NCBI GenBank assembly: GCA_965216935.1
Contig: OZ244217.1
Coordinates: 3,488,279 to 3,552,278, forward strand
Reading direction: 5' to 3'
Length of the DNA: 64,000 bases
DNA from: Acidobacteriota bacterium
Lineage (GTDB): Bacteria; Acidobacteriota; UBA890
Positions 42,770 to 51,211 of this stretch are shown here, piece after piece (position 1 is the stretch's first letter; each line of letters opens with the position of its first letter). Made by a program: the position numbers and the translations under genes. The notes under the pieces were generated by a model. The model was not told where the DNA came from. It did no database searches and saw only the letters and a list, made by a program, of their open reading frames with translations.

Positions 42770-43924
42770 GTGCGCGGACAAGTCGCAGTCATCGGCGTCG
42801 GTGTCGAAGGGCTTTCTCCCCTCAGTCCCGAGCAGTCCTACCGGGAAATGATCCACGCCGCCGCGGTGCGTGCCTACACCGACGCCGGCATCGAACCCTC
42901 CGACATCGACAGTGTCGTGACGGTTGCGGAGGACTTCTTCGAGGGAGTCAGCATCTTCGACGAGTACACCCCCGACCAGCTCGGGGCGGTGCTCAAACCC
43001 ATTCACACGATCGCGGGCGACAGCCTGCAGGGCCTCGGCGCAGCGGCCCTGCAAGTCGCCACCGGAGCGTTCGACATCATCGTCCTGGAGGGCCACTCCA
43101 AGGCCTCCAACGTGTCGGACATCGGCGCTGTCGAGAATTACGCGCTGGACCCGGTATGGAATCGCCAGCTCGGCTTTCCCGCCGAGGCGGTCGCCGGCAT
43201 GGAAATGCAACGCTTTCTGCACGACACCGGCACGACCGAAGAGGAGTGCGCCGAGGTCGTGGTGAACAATCGTTTCAACGCCCTCGACAACCCCCGCGCC
43301 GCCTACGGCGCCGCCATCACGATCGACGATGTCCTCTCCGCTCCGGACCATTACGCCCCGCTGCGCGGCAGCCAGATCGCCGCGGCGGTAGACGGAGCGA
43401 TCGTCTTGGTTCTGGCCAGCGCCGAGATCGCCCGTTCCGGCGGGCGCGACCCCATCTGGATCGACGGGCTCAGCTGGTCCACCGGCCAGCCGGGATTGGA
43501 GGGCCGTGACTTCGGCCACGCCGACTACTGCGAGCAGGCAGCGATTCGCGCCTACGGCATGGCGGGCATCGACTCCCCGGCGCAGGCCATCGATTTCGCC
43601 GAGGTCGACGACCGCTTCGCCTACAAGCAGCTGCAGCACCTCGAAGCCCTCGGCTTCTGCGGGCCGGGAGAAGCCGGATCGCTGATGAGTCGAGGCGAGT
43701 TCAGCCGTGGCGGCGCACTTCCGGTCAACGTCAGCGGCGGAAGCCTGGGGGCCGGCCATATGTTCGAAGCGGCCGGTCTCTATCGCGTCGCCGAGGTCGT
43801 CGAGCAGCTTCGCTACGACGCCGGGCGGCAGCAGCTCGAAGACATCCAGCGTGGGCTGGTCCAATCCTGGCGCGGCGTACCCACCTCGACCGGTGGCGTC
43901 GCCGTGCTCAGCAACACGGTATAG
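42770..43924 (+). CDS. Thiolase-fold protein (SCP2/archaeal type) lacking the nucleophilic Cys
   Basis: VAVIGVG, NALDNPRA, DGAIVLVLAS, AEVDDRF, PVNVSGGSLGAGH. Confidence 0.88.
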   Translation: MRGQVAVIGVGVEGLSPLSPEQSYREMIHAAAVRAYTDAGIEPSDIDSVVTVAEDFFEGVSIFDEYTPDQLGAVLKPIHTIAGDSLQGLGAAALQVATGAFDIIVLEGHSKASNVSDIGAVENYALDPVWNRQLGFPAEAVAGMEMQRFLHDTGTTEEECAEVVVNNRFNALDNPRAAYGAAITIDDVLSAPDHYAPLRGSQIAAAVDGAIVLVLASAEIARSGGRDPIWIDGLSWSTGQPGLEGRDFGHADYCEQAAIRAYGMAGIDSPAQAIDFAEVDDRFAYKQLQHLEALGFCGPGEAGSLMSRGEFSRGGALPVNVSGGSLGAGHMFEAAGLYRVAEVVEQLRYDAGRQQLEDIQRGLVQSWRGVPTSTGGVAVLSNTV

Positions 43925-43926
43925 CC

Positions 43927-45099
43927 ATGGCAAAGACCGGACTGAGAAGAGTAGCGGCGGTCGGCGCCGGCATGACCAAGTTCATGCGCCGCGCACTGGA
44001 GACGCCGAAGGAGCTTTCCTACGCGGCCGCCTCCATGGCGCTGCAATCGGCCGACCTGCGCCGCTCCGATATCGATTGTTGTGTTCTGGGAACCGCGCCG
44101 GACGCATTCGACGGCGTTCACATGAACGCCGAGTACCTCACCGACGGCGCCGGCGGGCTCGGGCTACCGACCCTGCGCGGCTATGTCGGCGGCGGAACCG
44201 GCGTGTTTTCGGTCATCCAGGGCTGGTACATGGTGGCCTCGGGTGTATTCGACGTCTGCATGGTGTTGTGCGAGGAAAAGATGTCGGCCTGCCAGCCGCA
44301 TCCGCAGGGCGCCTTCGTTACGATCTTCGACCACACGACCGAGCGACCACTGCAGCCCAACCTGTTGTGGATCTTCGCCCTCGAAATGAACCGCTACATG
44401 ACCACGTACGGCATCTCGAAGCGCGACATCGCCAAGGTCGCGGTCAAGAACAAGGGCAACGCCCTGAACCATCCCGCCGCACAGCTCGGCGCCGAGCTCA
44501 CGGTCGACGACGTGCTGGAGTCGGAGGTCATGGCTTGGCCGGTCAACCGACTGGACGTGTCACCGACCAGCGACGGCGCCACCGCCATGATCCTGGCGGC
44601 CGACCACGTCGCCCGGCGCATCACCGACAAGCCGGTGTGGGTCGACGGCGTCGGGTGGAACCTCGATACGGCGTACTGGGCCACCCGTGATCTCGCCTAC
44701 CCGCGCTACGTCGAGAAAGCGGCGCGGGCGGCGTACGACATGGCCGGCATCCGCGAGCCGAAGAAGGAAATCGACATCGCGGAGCCGTACGACCCGTTCA
44801 CCTACAAGGAGCTGCACCACTTGGAGGGGCTGCAACTCGCCGACCGTGGCGAGGCGCCGCAACTCCTTGCGGACGGCGTTTTCGACCGCGACGGCGCCAT
44901 GCCGACCAGTCCCTCGGGCGGTCTGCTCGGCGTCGGCAACCCGATCGCCGCCGCCGGCCTGATGAAGCTCTGCGAGTTGTTCTGGCAGCTCCGCGAGGAA
45001 GCTGGCGACCGGCAAGTGCCCGGCGCCCCTCGCACCGGCGTGGCGCAAGCCTGGGGTGACCTGATGCAAGTCGGAACCGTGGTGGTGATGAGACGATGA
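43927..45099 (+). CDS. Thiolase-fold protein (SCP2/archaeal type) lacking the nucleophilic Cys
   Basis: VGAGMTKF, KNKGNALNHPAAQ, SPTSDGA, AEPYDPF, SPSGGLLGVGNP. Confidence 0.9.
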   Translation: MAKTGLRRVAAVGAGMTKFMRRALETPKELSYAAASMALQSADLRRSDIDCCVLGTAPDAFDGVHMNAEYLTDGAGGLGLPTLRGYVGGGTGVFSVIQGWYMVASGVFDVCMVLCEEKMSACQPHPQGAFVTIFDHTTERPLQPNLLWIFALEMNRYMTTYGISKRDIAKVAVKNKGNALNHPAAQLGAELTVDDVLESEVMAWPVNRLDVSPTSDGATAMILAADHVARRITDKPVWVDGVGWNLDTAYWATRDLAYPRYVEKAARAAYDMAGIREPKKEIDIAEPYDPFTYKELHHLEGLQLADRGEAPQLLADGVFDRDGAMPTSPSGGLLGVGNPIAAAGLMKLCELFWQLREEAGDRQVPGAPRTGVAQAWGDLMQVGTVVVMRR

Positions 45100-45848
45100 G
45101 CGCAGCGAAGAAGAAGAAAAAGACGACGAGGGCTGCCCGGAAACCGGCGGCGAAGAAGACGACGAGGGCGAACACCTCCGCGAAGAAGAGAACGGCGAAG
45201 GCTGCTCGCAAGCCGACGACGAAGAAGGCGAAAGCGAACACCTCGGCGAAGGCGCCCGAACGTACCGCCGCGCCCGCGCTGCCCCGCAGGTCCACCGCGT
45301 ACGCCAAGCGGCCGTCGCCGATGGAGGCCGATTTTCCCGGAACGCCGCTCTCGGGCCGCGATTTCTATGGCGGCAAGGTGATCACCTGGGACGACGAGTA
45401 CACCGTCGAGTACGACTGGGACGCCGGCGTGGCGATCTCGGCCTACCTCGACGGCCTGAAGAACGGACACCTGCTGGCATCGTACAGCCCCGGGAGCAAC
45501 CGGACGGTCGTGCCACCGCGCACCTTCGACGAGCTGAGCTGGACACCGATCGACGACCTGCGCGAGTTGCCGGGAACAGGCACGATCAACACGTTTTCGC
45601 TCTGCATGGTCAACTGGGATGCCACCCGGCGGGATGAGCCGCTGATGCCCGCCGTCATCGAGCTCGACGGCGCGTCACCGGGCATGGGCATTCTGCACAT
45701 GCTCGACGAGGTCGACCCCGATGACGTCGAGATCGGCATGAAGGTCGAGGCCGTGTGGAAGCCGGCCGACGAGCGCGAAGGCGCCATCACCGACATCCGC
45801 TACTTCCGGCCGCGGGGCAAGGTTCGCAAGAAGAAGGGAGATCGCTAG
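45096..45848 (+). CDS. DUF35-like OB-fold protein with a Lys/Ala-rich N-terminal extension
   Basis: GTGTINTFS, AVIELDGA, VEIGMKVEAVW, GAITDIRYFRP; ATGA overlap with the thiolase stop. Confidence 0.85.
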   Translation: MSAAKKKKKTTRAARKPAAKKTTRANTSAKKRTAKAARKPTTKKAKANTSAKAPERTAAPALPRRSTAYAKRPSPMEADFPGTPLSGRDFYGGKVITWDDEYTVEYDWDAGVAISAYLDGLKNGHLLASYSPGSNRTVVPPRTFDELSWTPIDDLRELPGTGTINTFSLCMVNWDATRRDEPLMPAVIELDGASPGMGILHMLDEVDPDDVEIGMKVEAVWKPADEREGAITDIRYFRPRGKVRKKKGDR

Positions 45849-45850
45849 CC

Positions 45851-46309
45851 ATGAGCAACACTTTCCGACGTGACTTCCGCAACGTCGACGCGCGCGCGTG
45901 GCACGGCAACATCCCCATGGGCCACAAGTACACCATGGGGGTCGCCGGCGAGCGGTTCTTCTCCCGTTTGCGCGACAAGGGAGAGATCAGCGCGACGCTT
46001 CACGAGGGCAACGACATCCCTACCCTCCCCCCGAGTCTGTACGACCCGGACAGCTTCGCCCCGGTCGAGAAGTGGGTGAAGGTGGGTCCCGGAGGCACAG
46101 TCGACACCTTCACCGTGTATGAAGAGGGAGACGACGTGAACGTCCTGGCGCTCATCCGCCTCGATGGCGCCGACGGTGGCCTCGTCCACTGGATCGGCGG
46201 CTGCGATCCGGGCGACGTCGAGATCGGCATGCGGGTGAAGGCGGTGTTCGAGCCCAAGAGCAAGCGCACGGGAGCGCTGGCCGACATCAGGCACTTCAGG
46301 CCGGAGTAG
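45851..46309 (+). CDS. DUF35-like OB-fold protein
   Basis: YTMGVAGERFF, GTVDTFT, ALIRLDGADGGLVH, VEIGMRVKAVF, DIRHFRP; ATG at 45851. Confidence 0.85.
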   Translation: MSNTFRRDFRNVDARAWHGNIPMGHKYTMGVAGERFFSRLRDKGEISATLHEGNDIPTLPPSLYDPDSFAPVEKWVKVGPGGTVDTFTVYEEGDDVNVLALIRLDGADGGLVHWIGGCDPGDVEIGMRVKAVFEPKSKRTGALADIRHFRPE

Positions 46310-46369
46310 CTGGGGCCGTAATCCGACCGAGCGCTCGCGCCCCTGCTCGATCCTGCTGGACCCGTGCGC

Positions 46370-47677
46370 CTACGGCCGACTCTGCTCGTCACCGGAGTCG
46401 ACCGCACCGGCCTCCCCGGGGAGCTGAAAGCGGAATCGCTTCACCTTCATCGTCCCCCATTCGTCCTCGACGACGAGTAGCAACACGTCGTCACGCCAGA
46501 AAGGCGAAAACAGGCGGCCCACGTCGGGACGCAATACCTCACCGAGGTAGTTTCCTTCGAGGTCGAACATGTCCCACACTCGGTCGGGCGGATAGCAGTC
46601 TTCTTCGGGGCCGGTATTCAAGTCGAACGTCACGTCACAGCCTTCGAGCCGGTGGCTCGAAGCCTCGCGCACGACCAGCACCCGGTTGCCCTGCGTCGGA
46701 TAGAACGCGTAGTAGGCAGGCTTGTGCGCGGGAATCTCCCGCCCGCTCCAGGTCCAGTCGGGAATGTCGTCGAACCGGCGCACGTTGGCGACAGTCGAAC
46801 GCGCCAGGTATTCCCGGTGATCGTCTTCGATCGGCACCGGGTCCCAGAAGCGGTGGGCTCTGACGATACGGCCGTCCGGATAGTGAATCTCGAACGAGTA
46901 GCTCCTGTTGTCACCGACGATCCAGGCGCCGGCGGGCGAATATGCTGAGACTTGGGTCGGCGAGTAGCTCACTCCCCGGTCGTTCCCGTCGACTGATATT
47001 TCGATGCGCTCGACATCGAGTCTGGGCATCTCGACGAGCTCGCCGACCGCCCCGTCCCGTCCTACCTGAACCATGCCGGTAATACGGTTCTCGAAAACTG
47101 GCGGGCCTCCGGGCGGGTAGAGAAAAGCCCGGGTGAACAGCGCGCCGTCGTGCCGCATGACCAGAGTGCCCGCCGACATGCGCATGTTCCCTGCGCCCCA
47201 ACGCCACGTCTCGAGCGACTCCCCCTCGTGCGAGTACACGTTGATACGCGGACTCGATCCCGACTCGCTGACGTACACCCTCCCATTGGAGTCGACGCGC
47301 ACCGCACCCGGGCGTTGGTATTCCCCGGGCCCCTGCCCGACGCCGCCGATGTCCCGGAGGTGGACCCCGTTCCAGTCGTACACACGCACGATCGGTATCT
47401 GCGTATCGACCACGTAGATCTCATCGTGCGTCGCAAACAGCTGCCCCGGCGAGCCGAGCATGTACTCCGGGGCGCCCGTCTCGACCCCGATGGAGGCCTC
47501 TTCGACCAACGTCGCGGGGCCACCCCACTTCGAGCCGGCGTCGTTCTTGACGACGGTAATCGCACCTTCCGTGGACACCGAGCCGACCCACTCTCCGGGA
47601 CCGTCGCTGTCCATCGCGGTGCCAGCACAGGACACCGAGGCAACCGCAAGACACAAGAAGATCATCGCCTGTCTCAT
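46370..47677 (-). CDS. Putative lipoprotein with an NHL-like / 6-bladed beta-propeller domain
   Basis: Signal peptide with lipobox-like SVSC; IYVVD, IGGVGQGPGEYQRP, GRVYVSE blade motifs. Confidence 0.75.
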   Translation of the reverse strand: MRQAMIFLCLAVASVSCAGTAMDSDGPGEWVGSVSTEGAITVVKNDAGSKWGGPATLVEEASIGVETGAPEYMLGSPGQLFATHDEIYVVDTQIPIVRVYDWNGVHLRDIGGVGQGPGEYQRPGAVRVDSNGRVYVSESGSSPRINVYSHEGESLETWRWGAGNMRMSAGTLVMRHDGALFTRAFLYPPGGPPVFENRITGMVQVGRDGAVGELVEMPRLDVERIEISVDGNDRGVSYSPTQVSAYSPAGAWIVGDNRSYSFEIHYPDGRIVRAHRFWDPVPIEDDHREYLARSTVANVRRFDDIPDWTWSGREIPAHKPAYYAFYPTQGNRVLVVREASSHRLEGCDVTFDLNTGPEEDCYPPDRVWDMFDLEGNYLGEVLRPDVGRLFSPFWRDDVLLLVVEDEWGTMKVKRFRFQLPGEAGAVDSGDEQSRP

Positions 47678-47856
47678 CGCATTTCCTCCCGGTCCCCACA
47701 GGAGTTTCCGAGAACCCTTTTAACGGATCTCTTCGGCGCAAACCAGGCGGCCCTTCGCAGCTCGTTGCGGGCTCCCGACCGGTGCGACGGCCGGGGTGCC
47801 AGCGCCGGAGACCTCGCATCGCACCCGAGCGCGCGCCGCCGTTTCCTTCATCACAA

Positions 47857-49659
47857 TCAGTCGTTGTCCCGTAGAAACTCAAAGACACCGACCGCCGTCT
47901 TCGGCCCGACGACCTCGGCCAACTCCGCTTCGTTGGCTTCGCGGATCCGCTTCACGGAGCCGAAGGATCGCAGGAGGGCGTGCTTGCGGCGCGGCCCGAT
48001 GCCGGGGATCTCGTCCAGGACGGATTCCCGCACGCGGCGCTGGCGGAGGCTCCGGTGATAGGCGATGGCAAATCGATGGGCTTCGTCGCGAACCCGCTGC
48101 AGCAAGCGCATCACCTCCGGGTGCCGCACCAGCGGTACCGGGGCCGATCGCTCGCCGAAGTAGAGAGTCTCCTGCTCTTTCGCCAGGCCGGCGACCGGCT
48201 GCGCCGACATGCCGAGGGCGTCGAGCTCGCCTCGAGCCGCGTTGAGCTGCCCGCGCCCCCCGTCGATCAGTAGGAGGTCCGGCGGTTCCCTCTCTCCGGA
48301 CACCACCCGCTTGAAGTGCCGGGTGACCACCTGCGCGATGGCCCGATAGTCATCCGGACTGTCGAGCCCACGGATCTTGAAGCGCTTGTACCCCGCCTTG
48401 TCGGGTTGGCCGCCACGGGTCCGCACCAGGGCTGCCACCATCTCGCCGCCTTGGGTATTCGAGATGTCGACGCATTCGATCACCTCGGGCGGGCGGCTGA
48501 GGTCCATGATCTCTTGCAACGTCCGGGCGCCGGCTTCGTCGGAGCTGCGGTCGTAGCGGCCGGCGAACGCCAGCTCGGCGTTGCTTGCCACGAGCTCGAG
48601 CAGACGCCGCTTCTCTCCCCGCTGCGGCACGAAGATTCGCACCGCGGCGCCGCGCTGTTGGCGCAGCCACGCCTCGATGGTCTCCTGTCCGGCGACCGGC
48701 GACGGGACGCACACCTCGGGCGGAAAGTACCGCTCACCGTGATAGTACTGCTGCAGAAACGTCGCCAGCAGCTCGCCGTCATCCGTCTCACCGATGCTGT
48801 CCCAGAAGAACTCCTTCCGATCGACGACGATGCCCCGGCGCATCAGGAAGACTTGCAAGGCGACCCGATCGCCGACCCGATGCAGGGCGAAGATGTCGCG
48901 GTCGTCCAGAGAGGTCGAGGCAATCTTCTGATCTCTCGAGGTGAGTCGAACGGCTTGCAACAGATCGCGATAGTGCGCCGCCCGCTCGTATTCCTGGGTC
49001 GCCGCGGCCTCGCTCATCCGCACCTCGAGGTCTGCCGCCAGCAAGTCGCTGCGACCGTCGAGAAACTGCAGCGCCTGGTCGACGCGCTCCCGATACATCG
49101 ACTCGTCACAAAGTGCCTCCACACACGGGCCGGCGCACTGGCCGATGTCGTAGTAGAGGCAGGGACGCTCCCAGGAACCATCGATATCGATGTTGCAAGG
49201 ACGGACGCCGAAGTAGCGGTACGCGAGCTGTTGCGTCATGTGGGCGCTGCTGGCCGGCGCGTAGGGGCCAAAGTATTTCTCGCCGTCGTTCTTCGCCTCG
49301 CGCACGTACTGGAGCCGCGGAAACTGCTCGCTCACGACCATTCGCAGGTAGGGGTACTGCTTGTCGTCCCGCAGCAGGACGTTGTAGCGGGGCTTGTTCT
49401 GCTTGATCAGGCTGTTCTCGAGCGCCAGCGCTTCCAGGTCGGTGTCGGTGACAATGAAATCGATGTCGACCGCTTCCGCCAGCATCGCCTCCTGTTTCGG
49501 TCCCAGGGTGTGCGCTCCGGACAAGTGCGAGCGGATGCGGTCGCGGATGCTCTTCGCCTTGCCGACGTAGATCGCCCTGCCCTTCTCGTCCTTGAACAGG
49601 TAGACGCCGGCTGCTGTCGGCAGCTTTGCAACGATGTCACGGAGCGCTGTAGAGCTCAT
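47857..49659 (-). CDS. uvrC: Excinuclease ABC subunit C
   Basis: GVY/IYVGKAK GIY-YIG domain, DDKQYPYL, IDGGRGQL, RDEAHRFAI, HhH. Confidence 0.97.
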   Translation of the reverse strand: MSSTALRDIVAKLPTAAGVYLFKDEKGRAIYVGKAKSIRDRIRSHLSGAHTLGPKQEAMLAEAVDIDFIVTDTDLEALALENSLIKQNKPRYNVLLRDDKQYPYLRMVVSEQFPRLQYVREAKNDGEKYFGPYAPASSAHMTQQLAYRYFGVRPCNIDIDGSWERPCLYYDIGQCAGPCVEALCDESMYRERVDQALQFLDGRSDLLAADLEVRMSEAAATQEYERAAHYRDLLQAVRLTSRDQKIASTSLDDRDIFALHRVGDRVALQVFLMRRGIVVDRKEFFWDSIGETDDGELLATFLQQYYHGERYFPPEVCVPSPVAGQETIEAWLRQQRGAAVRIFVPQRGEKRRLLELVASNAELAFAGRYDRSSDEAGARTLQEIMDLSRPPEVIECVDISNTQGGEMVAALVRTRGGQPDKAGYKRFKIRGLDSPDDYRAIAQVVTRHFKRVVSGEREPPDLLLIDGGRGQLNAARGELDALGMSAQPVAGLAKEQETLYFGERSAPVPLVRHPEVMRLLQRVRDEAHRFAIAYHRSLRQRRVRESVLDEIPGIGPRRKHALLRSFGSVKRIREANEAELAEVVGPKTAVGVFEFLRDND

Positions 49660-49719
49660 GGGCTAGCATCCAGCCTCTTTTCCTCGTAACCAGACCCATC
49701 ACACCTCCACCACGGCCTG

Positions 49720-51189
49720 CTACCGCGCGAACAAGGCGTCGAGTCGACGGGAACCGACGCCCGGCCGCCGTTGAGCCAGCAGCGCGTAGGAGCCCAGCGA
49801 AGCAAGGACCGCCGGAAAGATCTGATGGACGGTGGTGGCAATCGGGAAGCGCGGCCAGATCAGCAGCACTGCGACCCCGGCGACGATCGAGACGATCACC
49901 GAAGTCCCGTCGCCCTTCCTCCAGAACAGTCCCAGCAAGACGGCCGGCAGGAAACATGCGGCGTACAGCGAGCCGGACAGTACCGTCAGCGCGACGATGC
50001 CGCCGGGCGGACGCAGCGCCACCAGCGCGGTGAGCAGGGCGAAGACGACGACCCACAGCTTCGTACGCGAAAGCTCGGCAGAATCCTCCCCCGTGCCTCG
50101 AAGGACCCCGACGATGTCGCGCTCGGTCGTCGCCGCGACGACCAGCAGGACGCTGTCCAGTGACGACATGGCCGCCGCCACCATGGCGAGCAGCAGGAAG
50201 GCCGTCACTCCGGGGGCAAAGACGTCCCCCCGCGTGAGCAACATCGGCGCCACCTGGTCGGTATCGGAGACACCCTCCGGAATCACGCGCCGGGCATAGA
50301 GACCGATCGGAACCAGCAACGAATACACCAGCGCGAAGCTGGCCGTTGATACCCACGTTCCCACGCGCCGGGCTCCGTCGTCCCGCAGGGCGTAGAACCG
50401 GGACAGCTGACGGGGCTCGGTAACGAACTTCGCCGTGCCCGCCATCAGAACGCCGAGGGTGAAGATGAACGGCTGCGGCCCGCTCCATTCGAACAGATGA
50501 CGGGTTTCGGCGGCGCTCCGCAGAGGCTCCAAGGCTCCCAATCCTCCCGCCGCACGAACGGTTCCGGCGGACAACAGGACTGCCGCGAAGATCATCACGA
50601 CGCCCTGCACGGCGTCGGTCTTCACCACCGAGATGAAGCCACCGATCATCGTGTAGCCGACAACCACGACGAAGACGACCCCGATGGCGGCCCCGTAGGG
50701 GATCCCGAGAAACGACTGCACCAACCCACCGATCCCCTTGAACACCGCGGTCATGTAGAACACGGACGCGAACACGACGATGACGGCAGAAGCCACGCGG
50801 GCCGTGTCGCTGGCGAAGCGGAAGCCGATGAAATCCGGAATCGTCAACGACCCGAGCTTCTCGGTAAAGCGGCGCAAACGCGGCGCCACCCAGCGCCAGG
50901 CGGCGAACGAGAACAGCACTGCCATCGGCGCCAGCAGGAACCAGGCGATGCCCCACTCGTACGACTGTCCCGAGAAGCCGATGAACGAGTTGGTGCTCGA
51001 GTAGGTGGCGAAGAACGAGAAGCCGAGGGCCACGCCGCCGAGAGCCCGGCCGCCGATGTAGTAGTCGGCCACGCCTTTCGTCTCGCGTTTGCCGACCCGA
51101 GCGTGGTGGACGAGCACGAGCGTGTATACGAGCAGGAGCAAGTGCGCCGGCCAATACGTCCTGAGGCTGTCGATGATCACGTCGATCAA
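49720..51189 (-). CDS. Sodium:solute symporter family protein
   Basis: DYYIGGR, TIPDFIGFRF, GGFISVVKTDAVQG, AAAMSSLDS; many TM helices. Confidence 0.92.
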   Translation of the reverse strand: MIDVIIDSLRTYWPAHLLLLVYTLVLVHHARVGKRETKGVADYYIGGRALGGVALGFSFFATYSSTNSFIGFSGQSYEWGIAWFLLAPMAVLFSFAAWRWVAPRLRRFTEKLGSLTIPDFIGFRFASDTARVASAVIVVFASVFYMTAVFKGIGGLVQSFLGIPYGAAIGVVFVVVVGYTMIGGFISVVKTDAVQGVVMIFAAVLLSAGTVRAAGGLGALEPLRSAAETRHLFEWSGPQPFIFTLGVLMAGTAKFVTEPRQLSRFYALRDDGARRVGTWVSTASFALVYSLLVPIGLYARRVIPEGVSDTDQVAPMLLTRGDVFAPGVTAFLLLAMVAAAMSSLDSVLLVVAATTERDIVGVLRGTGEDSAELSRTKLWVVVFALLTALVALRPPGGIVALTVLSGSLYAACFLPAVLLGLFWRKGDGTSVIVSIVAGVAVLLIWPRFPIATTVHQIFPAVLASLGSYALLAQRRPGVGSRRLDALFAR

Positions 51190-51211
51190 CGGGGATCTTC
51201 CGCCTTTCCGA

